In this document: positions 1 to 11,464 of the stretch, piece by piece
How the letters are laid out: each line of letters starts with the position of its first letter
How positions within the stretch are numbered: position 1 is the stretch's first letter
Assembly: GCA_951406725.2 (NCBI GenBank)
Contig: OX597826.1
Span: forward strand, 29,016,001 to 29,080,000
Direction of reading: 5' to 3'
Length of the DNA: 64,000 bases
Source of the DNA: Octopus vulgaris
Taxonomy: Eukaryota
Position numbers and translations under genes: made by a program
Notes under the pieces: model-generated
Databases searched by the model: none
The model's input: only the letters and a program-made list of their open reading frames with translations
What the model was told of the DNA's origin: nothing

Positions 1-267
1 CAGTTTTAAATTTCCTTCCAAACTGCTTTTGTATTCAATTGCTTTTCGACTGCGCTTTCAAACTTCCAGACGCACTTTAAGAGAAATTTCCTTTATTTCA
101 AAGATTATTCTGGCTTTCGTCATTACTTCTGAGGTGTTAAATCTAAAGAGAAATTTAAATTCATTGCGTTATCAGCTGTTAAAAGAAATGTGCCTGCGTG
201 TACACGCGCGCGCGAAAGCAAGTGCAGGAAAACTACGGGAAACCATGGTGTTGACATATATATATAT

Positions 268-342
<75 letters not shown>

Positions 343-869
343 CATACATACATACATATATATATGTATGTATGTATGTATCAACGCTGGCCACGGATAT
401 ATACAGTCGATGTACGTATTTACTTGTGTTGAAAAGACGTCTGTAAACAAATTTTAAAGAAAGTAAATTACGTTGTGGCGCTCATTCACCACAACGTTCA
501 CCCCCCCCCCCCCCATCCTTGGAGTGCTATGAATATACAAGTCTATTAAGTTATATACCAGATAATGTTTGCACTAAGTAAATTATATGAATAATATATT
601 CTACTAGTATTACATTATATAGAGAGAGATGGATGGAAGACAGTCCTAAGGAAATCTTGATTCAGCAGAGGAATGATCAAAGATGTACCAGCAATTTTAG
701 TCAGGATAGGAAGGTCACATGACGCATTACAGGGCTTCTGAGAGAAGGTACCTTCAAGCTGAAAAGTTGGCCTGAATGCCTACAACATAGTCATCTCCAC
801 AAAAAATAGCCAAGGTGTCGAGTGGTGGTGTTAGACCGGGTGGCAGGTTACATCTACCAACCAAGTAGA

Positions 870-1280
870 TTCTGGCAGGATTTGAACTCAGAACGCAAAA
901 AAATCAGACCAAAATACCGAAAGGCATCTGATCCGACTCGGCGCTCTTACTGTTTTTCCTATCTACCATCTGACACTGGGGTTTGTTTTTATCGACCCTG
1001 AAGGAATGAAAGGCAAATTTGCCAACGGTGTGTTTCGAACTCAAAAAGCAAAGAGACGGGAAAAACGCTACAAGACAAAAAAGTTGAACTCTGCGGGATT
1101 TGAACTCAGAGACGAAACAAATACTGCAAGACTTCCAGTCCGATGTTCATACAATTCCGCCAGCTCATTGCCTTAATTCGTTTATCGACCTCAAAAAGAA
1201 TGAACAACAAAAAAACCGGAGCAAATACTATGAAGCATCCAGTCTGACGCTCTAACGACTCTGTCAACTCGCCGCCATAT
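870..1280 (-). mobile_element. Cluster of degenerate SINE family B fragments
   Basis: Repeated GGATTTGAACTCAGA box-B-like and TTTATCGACC...GAATGAA motifs, the reverse complement of family B copies elsewhere in the window. Confidence 0.7.
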
Positions 1281-1368
1281 GCTCTGTATAATCCAGTCAA
1301 AAATTAAGCTATCACTGTGCTGGATAGCTTAATTTGCCTCTTTATGCTTATGATGGTGTATTATTAAT

Positions 1369-1570
1369 TAGGCGAACTGGCAGAATCGTTAGCGCATCGG
1401 ACAAAATACTAACCTGCATTTCTCCCGGCTCTTTACGGCCTGAGTTCAATTCTCACCGAAGTCAACTTTGGCTTTCATTCTTTCGGGTTCGATTAAATAA
1501 CCATCAGTTGAGGACGAGATCGATGTAATCCTCTGGCCCCCGCCACCAATTTTAAGGCCATGGACCTAAT
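1369..1570 (+). mobile_element. SINE family B, diverged
   Basis: GGCGAACTGGCAGAATCGTTAGC...TGAGTTCAATTC...CTTTCATTCTTTCGGG matches 8262-8656. Confidence 0.8.
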
Positions 1571-1595
1571 TATTATCATTAGTATTATCTTTATA

Positions 1596-1758
1596 GGCAC
1601 AGGAGTGGCTGTGTGGTAAATAGCTTGCTTATCAACCACATGGTTCCGGGTTCAGTCCCACAGCGTGACACTTTGGGCAAGTGTCTTCTAGTATAGCCTC
1701 GGGCCGACCAAAGCCTTGTGGGTAGATTTGGTAGACGAAAACTGAAAGGAACCCGTCG
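1596..1758 (+). mobile_element. SINE family A, 5' half (tRNA-like head plus CORE-like segment)
   Basis: Box A-like TGGCTGTGTGG, box B-like GGTTCAGTCCC, then TTGGGCAAGTGTCTTCTA; about 25 copies or fragments in the window. Confidence 0.85.
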
Positions 1759-1780
1759 GATATATGTATATATACATGTA

Positions 1781-1820
<40 letters not shown>

Positions 1821-1899
1821 CGCGCGCGTGTGTGTGTGTCTGTGTTTGTGTGCATGCGTTTGTGTGTCTGAAATTGCTGGCCCTGTGCCAAAATTTAAA

Positions 1900-1958
<59 letters not shown>

Positions 1959-1974
1959 CATCATCCTTATATTA

Positions 1975-2500
1975 TTACCTTTGCACAGCTTCTAACGCTG
2001 GAGATGTATTACAGTGTTATCTGTTCATTACTAGTGAACTAAGGTAACACCTCTTATTTTTCAAGCATTTCCGGAGTATTCGAGCGGTTCCAAGCAGTGC
2101 TGTTTTCTGCAAGTGCTCCACCTTTATTGCAGCCCCTATTTGTTCCACGTACTTCTCGAGATTTTTGCTCACTGTTCCCAGGGCTCCGACAATTATTGGT
2201 ACTCCTGCTACCTTTTTCATCAACCACAACTGCTTAACTTCCCAAGCTAACCGGTCATATCTCTCGACTTTTCTTTCTTCCTTATCGCATACTTTGTTGT
2301 CAGCTGGGCATGCTATATCTATGATCCAGCATAGTTTGTTTTCTTTCTCGATTAAGACGTCCGGCTTCCTATTCTCTATTTCATGGTCGCACTGAATCAT
2401 AAAATTCCATAGGATCTTTGCATTTGCATTTTCGACGATGCCTTCAGGTTTGTGGTCGTACCAATTTTTTGCTCTGTCAAGTCCATACTTGTTGCAAAGT
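1975..2500 (-). mobile_element. 5'-truncated R4/Dong-type non-LTR retrotransposon: restriction-like endonuclease C-terminus plus 3' UTR
   Basis: Translation KILWNFMIQCDHEIENRKPDVLIEK...IIDIACP...PIIVGALGTV...LQKTALLGTARILRK is the typical RLE PD-(D/E)xK domain; the element ends in a (TAA)n tract, the known Dong target. Confidence 0.9.
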
Positions 2501-2598
<98 letters not shown>

Positions 2599-2864
2599 GA
2601 GTGAGAGAGCAGTGCATGCCATCAAAGTGACACTGGGGTAAAATATACGAAGCCCAGCATACCCATCATGACTACCCGTCTGATAAGGGTACACCAGGCA
2701 CATGCATCACAACCATATGTGCGCGACATGGTGATCTCATATCAAGATAAACAGCACATGACCTTGCAGGTGGGGCCCAGTTAGAATTTTCTTCAGGTCG
2801 AGTAGCCCATCCTGCTCAAAAGGTCCCTGAATAAGGGTTGCTTTAGGATGTTGAACGAAACACC
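2599..2864 (-). mobile_element. Element E, 5'-truncated copy
   Basis: Near-identical to part of 17574-18130; flanked by (ATT)n on both sides. Confidence 0.85.
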
Positions 2865-2927
<63 letters not shown>

Positions 2928-3562
2928 CATTATTATTCTATCAATCTCTTTGGTCGCTGATTTACAGGGACATAAACAAACCAAAACCGGAGGTGAAGAT
3001 GCCAGTAGAGAAACAAGTACACGCACAGAGAAACACACGCACACACATACATACACACATGCATACATACATACAAGCATATATACAAGCATACATACAT
3101 ACACGCATGCATACATACATAATACACGCATACATAACGCATATATGAATACATACACGCATACATACAAGCATACATAGATACATACACGCATACACAT
3201 ACATACACGCATACATACATAATTTTACTTTGCATCTACGAAATCCACTAACAAGGCTCCTTTGGCCCGGGGTTACAGTAGAAGACACTTGCCCAAGGTG
3301 CCACGCAGTAGGACTGAACTCGGAACCATGTAGTTATGAAGCAAACTAAGTATGTATGTCATAGTTCAGTTTTATTTCAAGATTTCTTGCCAATAGAGAA
3401 AGAGCCGGTTTCTAACCTAGATCCAAGGTTCCTTCATTCTGCATCAATAACAGGGTATCTTTGTTTGTATGTATGTATGTATGTATGTATGTATGTATGT
3501 ATGTATGTATGTATGTATGTATGTAGTCATACGTACTCGTAGTCATAAAATGAGACAGATGA

Positions 3563-3847
3563 GTGACAACCTGGCCACCGGTGGTGGTGTTAACACACCA
3601 TACTAATCATATCTGTCGGGCATGTGGAAGAGAGTGTAATTCGGCAGGAGGACTTAAACGACAGGCAAAGGTACATGAAGCCCAGTTACAACTACAGCCG
3701 GCTATTACCAGTAAATGTTTTAGTTGCAAATTTTGTACAAGACATTGTAGATCTTTAGCTGGGCTAAAAAGTCACATTCGATCACAGCACCAGTAACAGT
3801 TAAGCTTCGTGCAATGGCCATACTCGATAGCGAGGGGGCAGCCATAA
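3563..3847 (+). mobile_element. RTE-like LINE 3' end with two C2H2-type zinc fingers
   Basis: CRACGRECNSAGGLKRQAKVH and CKFCTRHCRSLAGLKSHIRSQH, a stop codon, a short 3' UTR, then a (TATG)n tail. Confidence 0.7.
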
Positions 3848-4498
3848 TGTATGTATGTATGTATGTATGTATGTATGTATGTATGTATGTATGTATGTAT
3901 GTATGTATGTATGTATGTATGCATGTATGTATGTATGTATGTATGTATGTATGTATGTATTTATGTATGTATATGACAGGTGTCCACACAGTTTCCGCGA
4001 AGAAAATTTGCTCTCAAGGGATTGGTCGACCCGGCTGGGGACTTGCAAGCGCTGCGCAACGGAACTGAAACCAAAACCAGGTGTGCCATTTTATTGTTGT
4101 TTTTTTTTTTTTTTTTTTGTTCTGTTTTGTTCTTGATTCTCTTTTCAATTTTAATTTTTTTTTTTTTTACATTCTGCCGGACATCACACTTGAACGTCCC
4201 ACGGTGAACAGATAGGTAGGTGTTGAAAAGGCTAGTTCAATAAGTGTACAATGATGTTCCCAGCAGCCAATCCACAAACTAACGGAGATTATGTAATCGT
4301 TACAGATCCGGGTAGCTAACACCGTGGGTGAGCTTCTCTCTGTTTTCATTGGCTATCCAACCTACGCGCAGTAAGTTCTTTGTTGACCGAAATGCTTAAC
4401 GAAAACAATTTCAATAACAACAATAACAAGAACAAGAAGAATACTAACACTTTAAGCAAGGCTTAATTATTTTCATTTCTGCTTCTTCCCTCTTTCTT

Positions 4499-4533
<35 letters not shown>

Positions 4534-4554
4534 TTCTCTTTCTCTCTCTCTCTC

Positions 4555-4598
<44 letters not shown>

Positions 4599-4817
4599 CC
4601 TCATCATCACACACACAAACACACACGCACACCTAATTTGACAGCTCCATTGTTTCAGATATTACACAAAGTCATACACACACATATATATACACATATT
4701 TATACACATGCATACACACACAAACACATATGTATATGTATATATATATTTATGTACACACATACACACACACACACACACACGCACACATACACCAACT
4801 CAATGATAAGCACATAC

Positions 4818-4868
4818 CTATACACTCCCCAAATCCTTCAGCGATCTCCCATTCCCTTCTCTTACCGT
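4818..4868 (-). CDS. Candidate 51-nt internal coding exon, phase 1-1 (xGKRREWEIAEGFGECI)
   Basis: Acceptor tatgttttgtag, donor ATAG|gtatgt, length divisible by 3, only the phase-1 frame is open; a unique island between CA/TG tracts. Host gene not recognised. Confidence 0.4.
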   Translation of the reverse strand, partial: TVREGNGRSLKDLGSV

Positions 4869-5059
4869 CTACAAAACATACACCACACACGCATTCACAC
4901 ACATATACACACACACATACACAAACACAAACACACGCACGCGCGCACACACAAACACACGCACGCACGCACACATACATAGAGATCATCCAACTGCATA
5001 TCATACGTAGCAATTCTGCGTATGCATGTGTATCCAAGTGTATCTGAGCCCACGCGCGC

Positions 5060-5090
<31 letters not shown>

Positions 5091-5444
5091 CATGCGTGTG
5101 TGTATGTGTGTGTGCGAGCGCGTGCATATATTCATATATAAGCATATGTGTATATGTGAGGGTGTATATATGAATAGGCGCAGGCGTGGATATGTAATAA
5201 GAAGTTTGCTTTTCAACCACGTGTTTCCGGGTTCAGTCCCATAGCATGACACCTTGTGAGTGGATTTGGTTGATTTGGATTTGGTCGCTAATAAGCGAGA
5301 ATGTTCTGTTTTAAAGTACTGTATCTTGAATTTGATTAGATATGGAAATAACTCCAACAGGACCAATGTTTCTTCTGTAAAAAAACGCACTGCGAAACAG
5401 CCACTTATAAGTTGGTAACTAGCAGAAATTTACAATATTTTAAA

Positions 5445-5471
5445 GTGACCGAAGACTTTTGCACGGTACTG

Positions 5472-5473
<2 letters not shown>
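5445..5473 (-). mobile_element. Solo Tc1-like terminal inverted repeat
   Basis: Reverse complement TA-CAGTACCGTGCAAAAGTCTTCGGTCAC resembles Tc1 termini; no partner end found. Confidence 0.55.
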
Positions 5474-5521
<48 letters not shown>

Positions 5522-5527
<6 letters not shown>

Positions 5528-5728
5528 AAATTAGAGCACACAGTAAAAGGTTGTCATTACAGTACTCGGAGTTTCGAATGCCGAAGCGAAGAGCTATGAT
5601 ACATTCTCGTCGGCTATTAATGGCAACCATTAATAGCCGACGAGAATGTATCGTAACTCTTCGCTCCGACATTCAAAACATCGAGTACTATAATGACAAC
5701 GTTTTACTGATTGTTCTAATTTATAACA
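5522..5728. repeat. ~207 bp palindrome (fold-back, MITE-like)
   Basis: Arms of about 102 bp with about 12 mismatches; inner 26 bp perfect; 3-nt loop. Confidence 0.9.
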
Positions 5729-5926
5729 TATATAAATAATCCTCTATTTCTCTAATATCTAGGTCTCGTTCTTTTGTAAGTAAAGACATCACAAAAACTG
5801 TTACTCAGTTTCACGTTCCCATTTATATAAAACTTTATCACTGATCTCGGTTCTGTTTATGGCTAGGCGTATCAGCCGAATATACTGGCATTGATGTAGC
5901 GGATATTTTACATTTCGTCTTCGGTG

Positions 5927-6002
5927 AGCCTAGCAGAAGAAGACTAACCAGATTTACGATAACAAACATATTCTGGAAAGTCCGAAACTCGAGTATTAGG
6001 TT
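5927..6002 (+). ncRNA. Degenerate type I hammerhead-like motif
   Basis: AGCCTAG-CAGAAGA-aGACT...AGTCc-GAAA-CTCGAG-TA-TTAGGTT; core position U4 mutated. Confidence 0.5.
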
Positions 6003-6245
6003 ATCCAATCTAGATTATCCATTTATCCGGCGTTCTTCCTAGAGATAAGACGAAAACTTTTTATGTTCAACGCCCGCACACATCTTTGTCTGTATACATT
6101 CAGTGAAGATAGTGTCGTACGGTTATCAACTGCTATTTCCAGCAAGCATAGGTGCTTTGTTGCGCCACTATTTCCTATTTATAATTCTACGCTTATGATG
6201 CTTTATTTAGCTCGAAAATAATACTATTGTATTGCAATAAAATTT

Positions 6246-6428
6246 GTGGTTAGGGCAGCGGACTCGCGGTCGTAGGATCGTGGTTTCAATTCCCAGACCT
6301 GGCGTTGTGAGTGTTTATTGAGCGAAAACACTTAAAGCTCCACGATGCTTTGGCAGGGGGTGATGGCGATCCCTGCTGTACTCCTTCGCCACAACTTTCT
6401 CTCACTCTTTCTTCTGTTGGCCTGCTCG
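6246..6428 (+). mobile_element. SINE family D fragment (tRNA-Arg-like head, possibly OR1-like)
   Basis: GTGGTTAGGGCAGCGGACTCGCGGTCGTAGGATCGTGGTTTCAATTCCC; matches 57002-57314. Confidence 0.8.
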
Positions 6429-6429
6429 A

Positions 6430-6471
6430 GCACCACCTTTAGTCGACCTCGAGACAAACACAGACATACAA

Positions 6472-6528
<57 letters not shown>

Positions 6529-6692
6529 CGATGGGCTTCTTTCAGTTTCCGTCTACAAATCCACTCATAAGGCTTTGATCGGCCCGAGGCCATAGAAGAA
6601 GTCACTTGGCCAAGGTGCCGCGCAGTGAGACTGAACCCGGAGCCATATGGTTGGGAAGCAAGGTTCTTACCACACAGCCACACCTGCGCCTA
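6430..6692 (-). mobile_element. SINE family A
   Basis: Reverse complement of the family A head, core and internal CA/TA tract. Confidence 0.85.
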
Positions 6693-6711
6693 ATTAACTT
6701 TGAAAATGGAG

Positions 6712-6895
6712 GAAAAAGACAAGAAAAAATAACAACGTGAGGTCGCAGAACATGCAAAAGATTAATAAGACGCCCAGAGAAAAAAAAGAGTGGTTGCTTT
6801 ACATTTCGAGCAAAGCTCTTCTTCGGAAACAGGAGACATAGGAAAGGCCAAAAAAAAAAAATTAAAAAAAAGGAAGGAGGGAAAAATCGCCAACA
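6712..6895 (-). mobile_element. Penelope-like terminal repeat carrying a minimal hammerhead-like motif (6796-6830)
   Basis: Homologous to 40790-40990; minus strand GTTT-CCGAAGA-A-GAGCtttGCTC-GAAA-TG-TA-AAGC. Confidence 0.6.
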
Positions 6896-7152
6896 GTCAG
6901 CATGTAATTATTTTTGAAAATTTATATACATATGTATATGAAAATGTATCGTCAGTAGTTTATAAAACCATATTCCTCACGCCACCACCCCCAGTTGTAG
7001 AGAGGTTCTGTGCCTTCGGCCATTTGAGTTTGTTGAGTCGCCTATTCGGCTGAACGCTTTATAGGTGCGAAACCAATGTTGCTCTATGATCGGCCTAAAA
7101 AAGATATATAAACGTATATATCAAATATACATATGTATCTGTGTATGTATGT

Positions 7153-7237
<85 letters not shown>

Positions 7238-7258
7238 CTGACAGACAGACAGACAGAC

Positions 7259-7315
<57 letters not shown>

Positions 7316-7316
7316 T

Positions 7317-8013
7317 GTTTCTTTATTAGCCACACAGGGCTGCACACAGATAGAACAAATTACAAGGTAGAGCTTTTCTTTTGAAGGTTTAAAAAAAAAA
7401 AAAAAAAAGGAAGGGGGAGTTTCGATCAAAAGGGATCGTAAAAGGAGAGAAAGAGGACAAAAAAAGGGGGTTAAAAAAAGGGGGAGAGGAAAAAAAAAAA
7501 TTTGATCAATAGGGATCGTTATCACAGAAATGTCAATATGAAGTGTAAAGGGGAGGACAGGTGAGGTTTACCCGTGGAAAGAAAAGCCTACGGAAAAGAC
7601 CACGGTAACCTCGGTCAATGAAGTCACATTTTATATTTCTTTTTTTTTTTTTTTTTTTTTGCAAATAAGCAACTCTCTGTTTTCGATTTCTGGGTTCATA
7701 AGACTATGCTCAAGGTGGCTTCGTCATTCATACGTGCCATTCTTGCTACATTCACCCATCTTTTTTTAAAACATTCGCTAGACAAAACTTGCCTCTCTAC
7801 TCTCACTTTCCTTTTCAAGTGGTACTTGAAGAAGTTGATGAGAGATTGACCAGAGAGGAAAGTGTTTGTCTCCAATCCTTTCAGACGCGTCCACCAGATA
7901 CATTCTTTCGCCATAGCCACAAGGATGATGAAAATAGCTCTTCCTTCCCGTTTGAAGGAAGGAGGCGTGACAATATTGACGATAGACTCAGCTGATAAAC
8001 CGACTCGTCCCAC
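7317..8013 (-). mobile_element. 5'-truncated L1/Tx1-like LINE 3' end inside a (GATA)n array
   Basis: ORF 7696-8013 with AKECIWWTR...FKKRW resembles an L1/Tx1 ORF2 C-terminus; T-rich 3' UTR, AATAAA, and (GATA)n on both sides. Confidence 0.75.
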
Positions 8014-8015
8014 AC

Positions 8016-8090
<75 letters not shown>

Positions 8091-8261
8091 TTCTTTTAAT
8101 TAAATTGGTTTGTCATTACACTGCGACCATGCTGGGGCACCGCATTGAGGAATTTTTAGTCGAATATATTAACCCCCAGTACTTTATTTATTTTTTTAAA
8201 GTCAGGTACATATTTTATCGATCTCTTTAGTTGAACCGCTAATATATATATACATTATATA

Positions 8262-8656
8262 AGGCGGCGAGCTGGCAGAATCGTTAGCACGCCGGGCGAA
8301 ATGCTTAGCCGTATTTCGTCTGCTGTTACGTTCTGAGTTCAAATTCCGCCGAGGTCGAGTTTGCCTTTCATCCTTTCAGGGTCGATCAAATAAGTACCAG
8401 TTACGCACTGGGGTCGATATAATCGACTTAATCCGTTTGTCTGTCCTTGTTTGTCCCTTCTGTGTTTAGCCCCTTGTGGGTAGTAAAGAAATAGGTATTT
8501 CGACTGTCTTTACGTTCTGAGTTCAAATTCCACCGAGGTCGACTTTGCCTTTCATCCTTTCGGGATCGATAAATTAAGTACCAGTTGCGTACATGGGTCA
8601 TGCAATCGACTGGCCCCCTCCTCCAAAATTTCGACCCTTGTGCTTTGAATAGAAAG
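8262..8656 (+). mobile_element. SINE family B, dimeric full form
   Basis: Two tandem copies of TTCTGAGTTCAAATTCC...GCCTTTCATCCTTTCGGG...AAGTACCAG with different tails; same layout at 12607-12968 and 15000-15348. Confidence 0.9.
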
Positions 8657-8682
8657 CAATATACACACACACACACACATAT

Positions 8683-8771
<89 letters not shown>

Positions 8772-8952
8772 AAATGAGAAAATGGAGAAATATATCTAAA
8801 TCAATCATCAACTATCAGATAATACCGAATCATATACTTTATCAAAACACTACACAATAGCAATGAAATTAGACATTAATACAGTACAATAATTGCAATC
8901 AATATGGTGAGATATAACTAAATAAATATAACAAGATATAAAAATACATTTA

Positions 8953-9078
8953 CATTATAACTGACAGCTGTTTCGGCCATGAAGATAGGTATGTCTCATT
9001 TAACCTATTAGCCATATATTGCAGGTATAAATGAGACATTAACAAGAATATCTTACGGCCTCTTCGGAGATTCTAATG
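8953..9078 (-). ncRNA. Type I hammerhead ribozyme-like motif with extended stem II
   Basis: CATTAGAATCT-CCGAAGA-GGCC...GGCC-GAAA-CAGCTG-TC-AGTTATAATG; all three stems pair; GUC cleavage triplet; U4C core variant. Confidence 0.65.
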
Positions 9079-9711
9079 CAAGTATGAGTACAAACCCTAA
9101 AATAATTTACATATAAATATGAATATGAGTGCATACATACTCATATTCTTACATATATATACATATACATATACACAATAATACAATATAAACAATATAA
9201 ATCAATATACATCAACAAACACAATAATGTTCCAAATTGAACGCCACAGCTCCTCAACCAACATCAAGAAACCACAACAGACACACTCACACTCAATGCA
9301 GGCATATATATTAAACAGTTCAATATATTAAAATGTGTCACTTCACAAAAAGCTAATAAAGTTAATAGCACCACCATAGTACCATTCAAGGCAAATGGAT
9401 ATCTGCATATATATGCAATCAGTCAAATTCCTCTGTTTGCATGGTATTAATTTCCACAGATGCATTCGATTATGCGACGGGCTTCTTTCAGTTTCCGTCA
9501 AACAAATTCACTCGCAAGGCACCTGCCAAACGGGTGCCTCAGTATGTGTTCGGTGAGCCTGTTAGCAATAACGGAAAATTTCTCCCGTTCACTCGTTACG
9601 GTACTAACAAAAAATAAAGACATTTTGGGTAGTCACGGCTGGAACGCCATTGATCATAGTTTTGTTCAGTCGTGGTTGAGCTGGGGCTAAAAAAAAATCC
9701 CTTTTAACATC

Positions 9712-9862
9712 CACTACTACTACTAGTAGTAGTACTACTACTACTACCACCACAACCACAACCACCACAACTACTACTACAGCTACTTCCACCACAACAA
9801 CAACAATCACCACCACAACCACCACTACCATCACCACTACCACCACCACATGCTTCACCGAG

Positions 9863-9922
<60 letters not shown>

Positions 9923-10637
9923 AGCAATAACAAGATCGCCAATGTCACTGCTAACACCCCTGTATTCCTTTCTGCAACATCACCAACACTATTTCCAGTA
10001 CAAACACTACAATCTCCATCGTCACAGATGCCACCACCGCTTCCTCCATCGCCATGGCACCATCACCGCCGCCATCACCAGCTCCATCACCATCGCCTAT
10101 ACGAAAACCCCATCATACCACTGTCGCCACCAGTACACACCAGCCGCTATCACTCACCATCTGTATGACAATCACCATCAACAACCACCACCACCACCAC
10201 CACCACTACCTCCACAACCACCACTACGACCTCCGCTTCTCCCACCACCCACCACCACCACCACCACTACCTCCACAACCCCCACTACCTCCACCACCAC
10301 CATCACCACTACCTCTCCAACCACCAAAACACCTTAACCACCATCACCACTACGACCTCCGCCTCCACCACCACCACCACCAATAGCTCAACAACTACCA
10401 CTACTTCCACCACCACTACCATTACCTCCACCACCACCATCACCACTACCTCCACAACCACCAAAACACCTTAACCACCATCACCACCACCACCCGCCTC
10501 CAACACCACCACTACCTCCTCACCACCACCACTACCACCACCACCACTACCTCCACCACCACCATTACCTCTCCAACCACCAAAACACCTCAACCACCAC
10601 CACCACCACCACCACCACCCGCCTTCGCCTCCGCCAC
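9712..10637. repeat. Compound (CTA)n/(CCA)n low-complexity tract
   Basis: Direct reading; includes three recurrences of CCACCAAAACACCTYAACCAC. Confidence 0.9.
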
Positions 10638-10766
10638 CAATAAACCGGATTGATTGATTTACATTGAAATGAAATTTCGCCGCGTCCTGGTTACGTGCCT
10701 GGAAATATAGAGAAGTTGATTTTGTACAGGCTGTAGATTGGATTGGTGGGTGTATATATAAATCTA

Positions 10767-11010
10767 GGTGGTGGTGGTGGTGGCAGTGTTGACGGTGCTG
10801 ACGGTGGAGGTGGTGGTGGTGGTGGTGGCAGTATTGACGGTGCTGGCGGTGGAGGTGGTGGTGGTGGTGGTGGCAGTATTGACGGTGCTGGCGGTGGAGG
10901 TGGTGGTGGTGGTGGTGGCAGTATTGACGGTGCTGGCGGTGGAGGTGGTGGTGGTGGTGGTGGCAGTATTGACGGTGCTGGCGGTGGAGGTGGTGGTGGT
11001 GGTGGTGGTG
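10767..11010. repeat. 45-bp G-rich minisatellite, about 5 units
   Basis: Unit (GGT)n-GGCAGTATTGACGGTGCTGGCGGTGGA repeated. Confidence 0.9.
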
Positions 11011-11080
11011 ATAGTGGTAGTGGTAGTGGTTGTGGTGGTGTACTCGTGGTCGTTGTGGTGTGTAATGGTGTTGTTAGCGT

Positions 11081-11132
<52 letters not shown>

Positions 11133-11417
11133 CAGTAGTAGTAGTAGTTGTAGTAGTTGTAGTAGTAGTAGTAGTAGTCGTGGTGGTAGTGGTGGTGGTA
11201 GTAGTAGTAGCAGTTGTTGTTGTTGTTGCTGCTGTTGTTGTAAAGATGGTGGTGGTGGTGATATGGCGTGCTGATGGTGTGTAGTGTTAGCGGTCATGGC
11301 TGTTGTTGAGGTGGTGGTGGTGGTAATGGTTGTGGTGTTGGTGGTGTGTATAATCATAATAATGTTACTTTTGACAGTGTATTCGAAGTTTCTGTCTGCT
11401 TAGCCTTCAATGATGAT

Positions 11418-11456
<39 letters not shown>

Positions 11457-11464
11457 TACTTTCT

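Noticed and set aside
2017-2703. 228-aa ORF as a host gene
   Set aside because: Accidental fusion of element E, (AAT)/(GAT) repeats and a Dong endonuclease fragment
4260-4360. Two opposed CCAAT boxes (CAGCCAATC, CATTGGCT) as a promoter
   Set aside because: Short motifs with no other support
10767-11010. CRISPR-like array (also considered for 60980-61187)
   Set aside because: Pure tandem repeats without unique spacers, eukaryotic context, no cas genes
10743-11084. Gly-rich repeat protein (GGGGSIDGA)n
   Set aside because: Minisatellite in a GGT tract with no splice or start context and near-identical codons between units
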